A stretch of DNA of 64,000 nt, from positions 30,256,001 to 30,320,000 of the forward strand of contig NC_083288.1 in the NCBI RefSeq assembly GCF_963506605.1. The letters run 5' to 3'. This document shows, piece by piece, positions 13,201 to 24,839 of the stretch. Position 1 is the first letter of the stretch. Each line of letters starts with the position of its first letter. A model generated the notes under the pieces. The model made no database searches. It was not told where the DNA came from and saw nothing but the letters and a program-made list of their open reading frames with translations. Position numbers and translations under genes: made by a program. The stretch is from Zootoca vivipara. Taxonomy: Eukaryota.

Positions 13201-14949
13201 TTGCATTGCATTCAGAGGAGCAACAAGCAAGTTCATATTAGGCATAGGAACTTGTGACCATGGGTGTTTACAATATTTTTCTAGTGGGGAGCAATTTCTT
13301 CCAATTTTCAAATGATGCTCCCATTCCAAGTACCATTCCATGCTGCCTTCAACTCCCCCCACCTTAATATTTTGTATCTGAGTGACCCACTCCAAACATA
13401 CATTTCAAACATGATGCATTACAAGTGATTCGATTTTTTTACACCCTATTTTGCTATCATGGGAACTCTTATTTTTTTATTTTATTTTTTGCCCACCTGA
13501 GCCTTCCTGATAGGATATAGATCATTAATTTAAAAATCAGTAACCACAATCCAAGACAAATGTGACGAAGGCTGTTGATCTCAGTGGGCCTAAGCATGCT
13601 TAACTCTGCTTTGGACTGTGGCCACTGAAAAAATAATGGTTGCATCCAGACTAAAGATCCCTCCAGACTGGTCTTTTATTGCAGGTATATTCTGCAACAT
13701 ATTCTTAACACAATAATTGTGCATTAGTGATAGAGCTATTCTGCTTTAGTTGGTTCTGCAATGTTCCCCCGGTACTACCCTATTAAGATTAGTCTCTTTA
13801 TAGTGATATTTCAGTTGCATAGAATAAATGGGTATGAAGTGCAATAAATACTAGGTGGGACATGGTAGACATGAGGATCTACAACTTCTGTTAAAAGGAG
13901 GTCCATGCTGCAGAAATATGTATAAATAAATAAATAGAATCTATCTAACAGGCTTGGTCATTCATTTCTTTAATTCAAATTGTTTTTTACTCTATACCAC
14001 TAGATAAGAATATTCAGACTTAGGGTCAATCACATCCAACCAGATGCGTTTTATTGATTTGATTTTCTTATATGTAATAAGGTACATTTACATTTATGTA
14101 ACTAGTTTTTCTCCAGTCATTAGTTTTGGGTTTAGTCAATCAACTAGCTACAAATCCACCTAACAGTTATGAGAAAGTTGCACTTCAAGTCACCACCTTT
14201 CTAGGATGTGGTCAAAGCAAGGAGATGTGCAAAACTGAACTTTAGAATGGAAAAGTCGAAAAAATATTTTATGCCTTTTGGATGCCTAAAGGGCTTTACA
14301 AATGTTATTCTTTTCCTTCACATTAAGCCCCATTTTACAGCTGTTACAAATCGGAATTGCTCAAGGTCACAGTATGGGCCCTTGACAGTGATGGGTTTGA
14401 ACCCAAGTCAAAGTCCAACATCCTAACCCTATCCACTTCACCATATCAGATCCAAAATAGCAGCTTGGGGTGTCTGTGTGCTATTGTTGTTGTTTTCCCC
14501 CCAGAAAGTTGGGAGATACCTATGTTTAATGAGTCTCAAGTGGGTTCCTCCCATAGGGCCCTGATGTCACTGTACAAGTTTCCTGATCTCCCAACTTTAA
14601 TTGGAATTGCTTCTGTAAACTAAATGAGGGTACTAACATACCAGGGTGACGGCTGAATAAAATACATAGCACATTAGGTGCATATAGTCCTACATATTTC
14701 ACAGGATACATATTTGCTCAGGTTGCTTTCAATTAAATGTCCATTTAGCTTCATCACATACAAGCCTGAGTGAGCATGTCATGAGAAGATGGCTGAGGAG
14801 ATATTGCAACCAGAGACTTCCAATTATTATTGAAGTTAAACAGAGGGAGACTGGTTATTCTGTAAAAAGTTATGTGATCCATCTACATCATTTAGCACAG
14901 CAGCTGACCTGCCTGGTTGACTGAAAGTTCCCCAGCAGAGACAAAAAGA

Positions 14950-15210
14950 TGGGATCCATTTCAGGGATAAAAAAATCAGTTGTCCCATGTCTAGTAAAGC
15001 ATGTAACTACAGAAGCCACAGCAACTGCCTTTGACCTGGGACTCACCATAATGAAGGAAAAGTGTAAGTAGAATAGAAAATGCTACCATGTACACTCAAT
15101 ATGGCATTGGCGAAAATCCTTTGGAAGGCAAAAGGGGCATTGCAGAATTAAGACTTTAATGAGCAAGGATTGTGATATAATGAGGGGAAAACATGACTGT
15201 AATGAGTATA
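14950..15210 (+). promoter_or_regulatory. Candidate OR promoter/enhancer (homeodomain + O/E-like sites)
   Basis: Four TAATGA at 15049, 15157, 15178 and 15200, plus TTTCAGGGA at 14959; about 2 kb upstream of the OR at 17090. Confidence 0.4.
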
Positions 15211-17089
15211 TGAGTGTTGTAAAAATATGTTAAAAGAAGGAATAAAAATAAGGATGAACTACTAAAGCTAAAGAACAACCACAAATTTATTATGTTCACA
15301 AAGTAAAAGGTTATCAGGGGCTACTAGTTGTGACTACTATGATCTAGCTCCAGCGTCAGAGGCTTTTTTTTAGCTGGAACGCACCGGAACTCAGTTCTAG
15401 CACCTCTCAGGTGGGTGCCATTGCCACTATAAGAGAACAATGGAGGCATTCATGGTGAGTTCCAGCACCTCTTTTTCTAGAAAAATAGCACTGAGTATGC
15501 CTCTGGATAGCAGTTGCTAGGGTTCACAAGCGGAGAGGGCAATGTTGCGCTCAGGTTTTTTTTGTTTTTTTTTGAGAGAGAACATAGTAGAAAAGGATGG
15601 TGGACTAGGTGAGGCTTTGGCCTTGGCCTGATTCACCGGGGCTCATCCATTGTTCTTATATTATTCAGAGTGCACTATTAATATATTGTACAAATCTGAA
15701 AAATAATAATAACCAATTCTTGAATAAACGTGTGTTTTGTAATAGAAAGCATATCATTGCCCTCTGATTACCTGTGTCTGCAACTATCTATTTAAAAATA
15801 ATAAAACAATGAGGCATTACTCTATGAAGACTCAATGCACACTTCCAAAAATTAAGAGTACTTTGAAATTTTTTGAGTACAGTACTTATTGTTGGGAGTG
15901 TACACATTTACAATGGTACATTTTTCACCCATCAATTTTTCCATCAAAATCAAATACTGACCTTGTTTATCGCACTGCAGTCTGTAACAAGGAGAATAGG
16001 GCCATCTACCTTTGGGAGCTAAGCTCAGAAATTCTATCATAGGTAACGGCTGGTGTGCTGATATGTATGAGCAATGGGGTGGGAAGGAAGAGGGCTCTGT
16101 TAAAAAGGGGACACTTTGGTTTCATCAAATCAGATAAAAGATCACAATAATGTTTCTGGAGAATGTCCCAACAGACCAACCTGGAGGCCATAATTGGAGT
16201 AGATGTAGTAAAATAAACCACTTGAAAACAACTGAAAAGCTTCCCATTTCCATCTATCTCCTGAATGAATATTTCAAGATTTGGAAATGTTTCAGCTGTT
16301 CTAGCAACACATGTGTTTAGCAGCCTGACACCACAGACAGTCATTGCTACTGTTCTAAAAGCCAATGTGGTGTCGTAGTTAAAGTGTTGGATCCTTGGAC
16401 AGCAGGATTAAAATCTCCACTCACCAATGAAGCTGCCTGAGTGACCTTAAACCACCCACAGTCTCTTAACCTCACTTGCCTCACGGGGTTGTTGTGTTGA
16501 TAAAATGGGAACCATGTATGCCACCTGGAGCTCCCGGGAGGAAAGGTGGGATATAATTGCAGTAAAAATATAAAATATAATGAGTAAAAGGAACATGAAT
16601 TAAGCTAGTATATTTTGCTGTGGACTTATCATCATTAAACTCTTTTCCCAACTGCAACTCTTTCTTCATGCTACAAAGGAAAACTGAAATTAGGACGTTT
16701 ATAGCATTACTTATATGTTTAGGAGCATAGGAAGGATGTGAGAAGTTGTCTAATTCTGAGTCAAACCACTAGTTCATCTAGCTCAGTGTTATATACATTT
16801 ACTGTCAGTGGTTGTCCAGGATATTTTTTGGTGGGAAGTCCTCCTCAACCCTACTTGGTGATGCCAAGGAATGAATTTAGGAGCTTTGGCATGGAAAACA
16901 GTTGTCCCACTACTGAGCTCTGGCTTTTCCTATAAACCTAGGTCTTTACCTACAGGAGCTCTTGCCAAAATGAACAAATTAGTCACTAAGGAAACATATC
17001 ACTGATTTTTCTATAATGACTTTTCTTAATTTATTTTAATTATATACTAAATATTCCACTTTCTTTCAGAAGGAACATATGTTGGTAAG

Positions 17090-18046
17090 ATGACCTTCAG
17101 AAACATCTCCAAAACCATTGTCACTGAGGTTGTCCTACTTGGCTTCTCAAATCTCCACCAGTTTCAAAAACCACTCTTCTTCCTCTTCCTTGTCATGTAC
17201 ATACTGACTTTGATTGGGAACACTTTAGTCATCGTCATGATCCATGTGGATCACCGTTTACATACACCAATGTACTATTTACTCAAGAACCTCTCCTGGT
17301 TGGAGATCATCATCACCACAACTGTCACTCCGAAGATGCTCACCCTGCTTATCTCAAAGGAAAACACCATATCTTTTGTTGCCTGTGCCTTGCAAGGATA
17401 TATCTACTTTGTTGCTGGTTCCACTGAAGTCCTCCTTTTGGCTGCTATGTCAGTGGATCGCTATGTGGCTATCTGCAACCCTCTGCGGTATACTGCTATC
17501 ATGAACTCCCGTGTCTGCATGCTAATGGTCCTGTCTTGTTGGTTGTGCAGCTTCTTTTCCATCTCTGCCTCCATGGTGCTGAAGGCAGGGCTGCCTTTCT
17601 GTGGCTCCAATGTTATTGACCACTTTTTCTGTGACAGTGGCCCTCTTTTGGAAATGATCTGTGCTGATGTTCGCTTTCTCCAGATCTTAGATTTGGCAGT
17701 TTCCTGCTTCATGCTTCTCAGCTCTGTATCTGTAACAACAATCTCTTATATCTGCATCATTGTCACAGTGATTAGGATACCCTCTGCTAAAGGCAGAAAG
17801 AAAGCCTTTAGCACATGCACTTCACATATCACTGTGGCATCACTTTATTATGGCAGCTCCATCTTCATCTATATCAAGCCAGCTGGCAGCTCTTCAATGG
17901 AATTCAACAAAATAGCCACAGTATTCAACACAGTAGTGACCCCATTGCTAAACCCTATTATTTACAGCTTCAGGAATAAGACCGTGAAGGAAACACTGAG
18001 AGATGCATTGAGAAGACTGCAGGCCATTTTGCAAAGTGAGGCCTGA
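17090..18046 (+). CDS. Olfactory receptor, intact, OR6-family-like
   Basis: 318 aa; NIS site, LHTPMY, MSVDRYVAICNPLRY, HFFCDSGPLL, KAFSTCTSHI, PLLNPIIYSFRN; acceptor ttctttcag at ~17069. Confidence 0.96.
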   Translation: MTFRNISKTIVTEVVLLGFSNLHQFQKPLFFLFLVMYILTLIGNTLVIVMIHVDHRLHTPMYYLLKNLSWLEIIITTTVTPKMLTLLISKENTISFVACALQGYIYFVAGSTEVLLLAAMSVDRYVAICNPLRYTAIMNSRVCMLMVLSCWLCSFFSISASMVLKAGLPFCGSNVIDHFFCDSGPLLEMICADVRFLQILDLAVSCFMLLSSVSVTTISYICIIVTVIRIPSAKGRKKAFSTCTSHITVASLYYGSSIFIYIKPAGSSSMEFNKIATVFNTVVTPLLNPIIYSFRNKTVKETLRDALRRLQAILQSEA

Positions 18047-18132
18047 GATTGTTGAAGCATACTTGGAGAGATGGAATCTTGATTTGTTTTTCCGAATTGC
18101 CCCTATATAAAAGAAGAAGACGAAGACAAAGA

Positions 18133-18192
18133 AGAGGAGGAGGAGGAGGAGGAGGAGGAGGAGGAGGAGGAGGAGGAGGAGGAGGAGGAGGA
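18133..18192. repeat. (GAG)n microsatellite
   Basis: Seen directly; it explains the poly-Leu and poly-Pro ORFs. Confidence 0.95.
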
Positions 18193-18423
18193 GTTTGGAT
18201 TTGATATCCCACTTTATCACTACCCTAAGGAGTCTCAAAGTGGCTAACAATCTCCTTTCTCTTCCTCCCCCACAACAAACACTCTATGAAGTGAGGCTGA
18301 GAGACTTCAGAAAAATGTGACTAGCCCAAGGTCATCCAGCAGCTGCATGTTGAGGAGCGGAGATGCGAACCCAGTTCACCAGATTACGAGTCCACCGCTC
18401 TTAACCACTACACCACACTGGCT
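18193..18423 (-). mobile_element. tRNA-derived SINE
   Basis: Minus strand begins agccagtgtggtgtagtggttaagagcggtggactcgtaatctggtgaactgggttcg (A/B-box-like head). Confidence 0.75.
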
Positions 18424-19724
18424 CCTACATGGGGAGAAAAAGAGAGAGAGAGGTAGAGATGTTCTGCTTGTCTCCCACTTCCAAACAAAGTATGCAGCAG
18501 ACAGGAGAGGCATATAATGGGTATGGGAATGAACAAAGGTTGAGTGGAAATAAAGAGGTCATTAATTAAATTAGTTTTCCTCATTATATTTCAGAAAGCA
18601 AAACCTGTTTTGGAGTGACATTGTGTGGGAACCCTGAACTCTTGCCTGATATCACATTGAGGTTCTATATCTACGTTTTATGCAAGGAGCATATGTGAAT
18701 CTATACCTGACAGTCCCTTTACACATAAAAGGAATATGCCTAATTACAAATGTGTCAGGAAAAAGCAAATCTGTCTGTTTTTAGAGACTTCACGGAAGAA
18801 TATAGACCCTTATGTGTTCTGCAAAAGGTTGAGGAATGACCCATCAGGTAAGACATTAAGCAAGTTGCAGTCAAAATCTTCTGCCACCACCACAAAGGAA
18901 GGGGGGACATTGGATGAGGATGTGCCTGGTGCCCATCGCAGGGGCCATGCCCTCTGCACCAGCCCCTGAGGACTCTGGGGCAGCTTGTGCCTGAGTTTCC
19001 TGCCAGCTCACTGCCTGCTTAGTGCCTGTAGTCATGTGCAACTTATAGGGTGCTTTCAATAAACTATCTTTAGGATTCCTCTGTGTATGCTGTGCAATCT
19101 TTTGGAGTGGGATTGCAATGCTGGCTAAGGTGGGTGTTTGGGGTCTGTGCAATGGGTGCCGTGTGGGTGCAATGTGGGTGTTCTGGTGTGCTCCTGTGTG
19201 CTTGCTTACCTAGCCACACTGTCACATGCTATTGGTGCACATACCTGTGTGATAAGAAGAGCATGCGCTGATGTATGGCACACACGTTGTGCTGATTGCC
19301 TGCCCAAATGAGCACTGCTAGAGACTCTGTGCACAGTTTGTTTGTATTCCTCTGCTGGCAATTATGAGCCATTTCCAGTGAGCTATCTGTACAGTTCATA
19401 CACACCTGGTCAGGGGACTTGGAAACTCTCCTTGTGTGTGTCACAGGTGCACCCCATTCCATGGTAGGCAATCCCAGATGAGCTGGCTCTCTGTGTTGTG
19501 GTACTTTCTTTTTGCTCGACTGGGCTAGTGCTGGACATTTACAGGGTGTGAATCCAGCATACTTTATACTGGCTTAAGTTCCACCAGCTTGCTGTGTTCA
19601 AGAATGCTCAGTACGTCTCATGTGCCACATACGTGACAAATAATAATGTATGGAATGAATAACAAACAACATTCACTGAGAAATATCCACTATCACACTG
19701 CACAAAACAAAAGAAATTGAAGCA

Positions 19725-19973
19725 AGGGCTCATCCACACATCTGCTTGTCACCTGCCTCTGAGTGGTTTTCCACTTGTCTCACACTTTCAAGGCATAGGT
19801 CCAAGCAATTTTGCCATGGCCTGCTGCTTTCCCCCAGAAAACCCTCTCTTTAGCAATAGACAAGAACAAACAGCCATCTGCAGAATACACAGTTTGTTTG
19901 TTCCAAATCAGCTCTAAAGATTGGATTTTGCTGGGAGAATGTGGCAGGGGAAACAAAGGTGTGGTTGAGCCCT
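19725..19973. mobile_element. MITE, possibly PIF/Harbinger type
   Basis: Terminal inverted repeats AGGGCTCATCCACAC / GTGTGGTTGAGCCCT; TSD not clear. Confidence 0.6.
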
Positions 19974-20241
19974 GAAAGTATGTGCCTGTGCCGATGAAGG
20001 GAGGAAAAATATTCTGAAAACAAACAAACAAACAAACTCTTATTTATTTGTTATGTCTGTAATCTAACTTTCCACCAAATATAAATCAAGTACATGTCGT
20101 CAATAATGCAAATACAATAAAAATATTGGCTGAACAGTAATAAAATACAAATTACAGGAAAAAGCTATGTAAGGTGAGCTCAGTACTTTTTTTTTTTTTT
20201 AAAAAAGCTGCATCTCAAGAATAGATGAAACAAAAACAGGC

Positions 20242-21210
20242 TTATAGGTGAATGGGAGGCCTCATTTTATTATTCCTACCAAAAATAAAACCCAGCAACT
20301 TCCACAAGGCAGTTTTGACATCTTTGTTCCTCATGCTGTAGATTATTGGGTTCATCAGTGGAGGCACCACAGTATATAACACAGCAAGCACTTCATCCAG
20401 ATGGTATGAAGAATTAGAGGTTGGCATTAAGTAGGTGAAGACAGAAGTGATGAATAATATGGAGACAACTGTGATGTGTGGAATGCAAGTGGAGAAGGCT
20501 TTCTGCCTGTTTGCCATAGACGGCATTCTCAACACTGCAGTAAAGATCTGCACATAGGACATGACAATGAATGAAAAGCAACCAAGACTTAACACCGCAG
20601 TAAATAGTAGAGCCCACATTTCACTGAGGTATGAATCAGAGCAAGAGATTTTCACCAGGTGTGGGACTTCACAGAAGAACTGATGAATGACATTGGAGCA
20701 GAAGGGAAGTGAAAAGACAGTGCCAGTGTGCAAAGCAGCATTGAACAAACCAAACATCCATGCTCCACCTGCCATTTGAATGCAGCTACTCCATTTCAAC
20801 ATAGACGCATAGTGCAAAGGGTGACAGATAGCTACATATCGGTCATAAGCCATGACAGTGAGGAGGAAGAAGTCTGATGATGCAAAAAGGATGAAGAGAA
20901 ATGTTTGAGTAACACACTGTAAATATGAAATCAGTCTTATGTTCATGAGAGAATTTGCCATGGATTTGGGAATGATGACGGAGATTGAGCCAACATCAAG
21001 GATTGAGAGATTGACAAGAAAGAAATACATTGGGGTGTGCAGATGACTGTTGACAGCAACCAGGGTAATGATCAGAAGATTTCCCACCAGGGCAGTCAGG
21101 TACATTGCGAAGAAGATCACAAAGTGTAAAATCTGCAGTTCTCGACCCTCAGAAAATCCTAGAAATATGAAATTTTCAATTATTGTTATGTTGAGAATGG
21201 CATCAATCAT
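20242..21210 (-). CDS. Olfactory receptor, intact, OR14-family-like
   Basis: 322 aa; NIT site, LHTPMY, MAYDRYVAICHPLHY, QFFCEVPHL, KAFSTCIPH, PPLMNPIIYSMRN; acceptor 7 nt before the ATG. Confidence 0.96.
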   Translation of the reverse strand: MIDAILNITIIENFIFLGFSEGRELQILHFVIFFAMYLTALVGNLLIITLVAVNSHLHTPMYFFLVNLSILDVGSISVIIPKSMANSLMNIRLISYLQCVTQTFLFILFASSDFFLLTVMAYDRYVAICHPLHYASMLKWSSCIQMAGGAWMFGLFNAALHTGTVFSLPFCSNVIHQFFCEVPHLVKISCSDSYLSEMWALLFTAVLSLGCFSFIVMSYVQIFTAVLRMPSMANRQKAFSTCIPHITVVSILFITSVFTYLMPTSNSSYHLDEVLAVLYTVVPPLMNPIIYSMRNKDVKTALWKLLGFIFGRNNKMRPPIHL

Positions 21211-22439
21211 ATTTTGACTGTTGGAAGAAGAGAAAAAGTTTTGATTAATTCATTTGCACATAGAAAAAGGTGCCTTTGTTATAAATTCCGAAATGTCTCT
21301 CTGTAATTTGCTACTTCCCCAACCCCAACCCCATTTCCTGATTGTAGTTTGTTTGTTTTTGTTCATTTGCTTGTATTTTGCACCAGCAGAAAGGCACTTC
21401 TAACAAACAGCACCCTCAGATTCTAGCGATTCCTCCAAACAGTTGTAGCACGCTTGTTCCCCAAGCCCATCCAATATCATTCCTTAACTGTCCTTCATCC
21501 TTAGATGTCAGGGGTTTGTCATGGGGAGAAGAAGCCCCACTATGTAACCAGTGTTTCATTCCCAATTCTCTGGGTCAAAAATTTATTCTTTAAGGCAAAA
21601 CTCACAGTCCAGATTTGTATAATTCCAACTCTGTGTTCTGGTGCTCAGAAAATAGCCAAAATGTGTGTGTTGCATCTCGATTCCTGAGGCTAAGCAGGTT
21701 TGGTCATGAATGTTACCAGGATGGAAGAGTGCCAAGGAACCATAACCACTCTGAGATCTTTGGGGGTAAATCTGGGGCATACAGGTCAGAAATAAAATTA
21801 TAATGCCTTGGATCCTATGATAACTTCATTTTGCCAGAGGAATTTTCCCATCCCTGCCTCTCCCCAGCAGCCATTGATTTGTTAGCAGCCTTCTCCTCAA
21901 ACTTCCAGAGAGGCTTTTCAGAGGTTGCAAGTGTATACATTGGGGAGGATAGAAGGATAGATGCTTCTTCTCTGAACTTCAGATCATTTATCCATCTCAG
22001 AAGAAATAGATTGAAAATAAGAGAAGGTGCATGATTAAGCCACTATTCTAGTGGGATAGAGCTGAATTGGGGACAATGAACATACAGTATGAATGAGGGG
22101 ATAATCACCTCTAAAAAGAAAACAACAACATAATAGCAATGATATATACTTTATTTTAAAAAGGTGGGGAAAAGCAAAAAAAGGAATGGAATTAAGTGGA
22201 TAGAATTAAAGGAATATTGAGAAAGGAGATCTGAGGACAAAAGATTGAAGGACACAGATAAAATGGGTACTGTATTTTTCTATATATTTCTTTGGCAATT
22301 CTGCTTCAAATGCTTTATCAGCAAAACAGTTTCTATTTACCTTGGTTGGTCTAGGTGTCTCTCCCTTTTTCTGACTCTCCCTTTTAGTCTTTCACTCAGT
22401 AAAGTGTGAGCAAATCAGGTGTATATTTTCCATAGTTCT

Positions 22440-22910
22440 TTCACAATTGCAAGTGGCTCCTCACTTTTTCTTCTGTCAGATCACAGCAGCTCATCTTGGG
22501 TTGACAGGTGTGTCTTGGAGAAAGAACTTGTTTCATTTAACAGCAGTAAAAGAGGCAGGCTCATGTGATGTCCCCTATCTACCTGAATTATGTTGTTGTC
22601 TAAAGTTTTACTCCCTGTTTCCCTGAATAGCTCAGCATTAATGGCACAGAGTGGCTACATTGCTGATTTTTCTGACTACAGCAGCCTACTTTCAAAGTTT
22701 GCAATCTAAGGCTATGTTGCATTGCATTTTCCAGTTGTCAATATTCAGTGAGACCCAGAGAGCTCCTCTTTGAATTTCTAAACATCCCCACATGGAATAG
22801 GGAAGCAATGTTTAAGTCACCCACCCAAGGGAACAAATGTAATAGTTGAATTGTAGCAGAGGCTGATGCAATGCCAGCTCTTTAGCATTATTCTAAGGAA
22901 TGGAAGATTT
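22440..22910 (-). promoter_or_regulatory. Conserved non-coding block upstream of OR14-like genes (likely promoter/5'UTR exon)
   Basis: Collinear similarity with 39230-39710 (ctgtcagat, ttcaaagttt.ca.tctaaggct, cagtgagacccag, atggaat, gcagaggctgatgcaatg.cagctc). Confidence 0.6.
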
Positions 22911-23196
22911 TTCTTCATCATTAGGTAAATTGTTGTACACCCACAAAGAATCAAAGATACTATGGAACACCAAGAAAATTTTAATAACCAATTAGTTTCA
23001 ATACCCACACACATGCATTAAAGTAACTTGGGGTAATAGCATCAGAAATATCCTTCCCCTCAAGAGAATATAAGAGCAAAAGAAGATTTTATGTGGATGC
23101 AACCAAAGGTCTATTTAGGCCAGCTTCCAATTTTCCATACCAGACAACCAGATGTTTTTGGAAACCCATAAGCAGAACTCATTCATACAACTGGTA

Positions 23197-24001
23197 CAGT
23201 GGTACCTCGCAAGACGAAATCAATTCGTTCCACGAGTCATTTTGTATTGCAAAAAATTTGTCTTGTGAAGCACAGTTTCCCATAGGAATGCATTGAAATT
23301 TAATTAATGCATTCCTATGGGCAAAAAAAGCTCTCCTTTCAATGAAATGGCGCCATAGCAAAGCAGCTTAAGGCACAATCCAGCACTCACAAACCCCGAC
23401 TCACCCGCCGAGCCCAGGAGCAGCCACAGCAGCAGCATTGCCCCCAAGCGCCACGGCCGCTCGGGAAGTTTTAAGGCTCTGGGGAGGGAGAAGCAGGAGG
23501 AGGGCCAGGGAGAGGCTCCCTCCCTCCTTCCCCAGCAGCCGGACCCTCGCGCCCAACCAGACAGACAGCCCGTTCACGTGCAGGCAGGCAGGCTGTCTGG
23601 TTGGCCTCTCCCGTTCGCGCTCTCCCGTTCGGCGCAGCTTTCCTGTGAAACCAGCCAAGAAAGGGCTCCACTCCCTCTGCACGGCGGCTTAAGGCGAGAG
23701 TGAGGGGGGGATCTGGCTGCTGCTCGGCTGCCAGCGGCCGTTTCGGTGAGGCGCTGCCAATCGCCATGTCCCTCCGGAAGCTGGGTGATGACGGCGGCGT
23801 AAGCGCAAGGCGGGCGGGCTCCCCGGAGGAGGCTCGGTCTCCTTAATGGGCCATCCCTGGACTTTCTCCTCCTCGCTGCGCCCCTGCCCTGCTTCGTCTT
23901 GCGAGGAAACGTCATCTTGCAAGTCTGCCAAAAAATCACAAAACGTTTTCGTCTTGCGATTTTTTCGTTGCATGAGGCATCCGTCTAGCGAGGTACCATT
24001 G
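23197..24001. mobile_element. Tc1/pogo (Tigger-like) MITE with CpG-rich cargo
   Basis: TA|CAGTGGTACCTCGC ... GCGAGGTACCATTG|TA; subterminal TTCGTCTTGCGA repeats; GC-rich insert at ~23340-23890. Confidence 0.85.
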
Positions 24002-24839
24002 TACTTGAAGGTATCTGAACTTGCAAGTTGTGTATGGACATCATTACTAGTCACTATTGAGAGATCATTCCTTCTCTGAATTGCCTAATCATTTATAAAA
24101 CTGTGTTAAATTCACCATATCTCATGACAACTAAATCTGCACATTATTATGTTTAGATATAGTAGCAAGGAGGGTTACATCTGTCGGCAATGCTCTTGGT
24201 CCCCCCAGGACCTCTGAGCATCTCCTGGTAGGCACCTCTCTGGAATAGCATGTCCCTTCACTCCAGAGTGCCTCTCTGTGACACTTTCCATATTAAAAGT
24301 GCACACAAGTCTTCTAGCATCACACAGCAAGAAGAAAGAAGCATCCGTAGATCTAAACTACGTTTTATTTACATTCTATAACAGACAATCCATAATCACG
24401 TCTGTGTTCTTCAAGCTCTGGCAGAACAGCTATTGCAGACTGTAAAAATGAAAGTACAGTACAATAATACGATCAGACGGAAGAGATAAGACAGTCTTCC
24501 ATTCCCACACTCTGCTCAGACATCTCATGTGGGGAGGCGTTGCCAGGGGATCGGCAAGGTAGGGGGAGGGACCACAATGGAAGGTGAATCTTACCTGCGA
24601 AACGTCAGTTGGCTCCAGAGCTTCTCCCACCCTGCCCTCCCTCAGTTAAGCCTTCTTTTGCAGATTAACCTCTTCTCCACAGGTACGCGGGCGCTGCTAT
24701 GTCATGGTCACTGTTGAAGGGCCGGAAAGGAATTTTCCTGCATTGGCAGGTTTTGCCTTCCCCATAGCAAAATGTCACAATTTTGGCAGTTTCTGGCCTT
24801 GGGTGGAATCCTTTAATCTATCTTTTGAAATGAGGGAGG

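Noticed and set aside
17948-18250. Poly-Leu, poly-Pro and poly-Ile ORFs (also 2002, 28904, 35028)
   Set aside because: Trinucleotide microsatellite artefacts.
18360-18423. tRNA gene
   Set aside because: The tRNA-like head is continuous with a SINE body and tail; no complete cloverleaf is evident.
21210-23438. Captured Leu-rich signal exon spliced in frame onto the OR (a natural trafficking tag)
   Set aside because: Joining donor 23405 to acceptor 21218 gives G|TC AAA ATA TGA, which is out of frame with an immediate stop.
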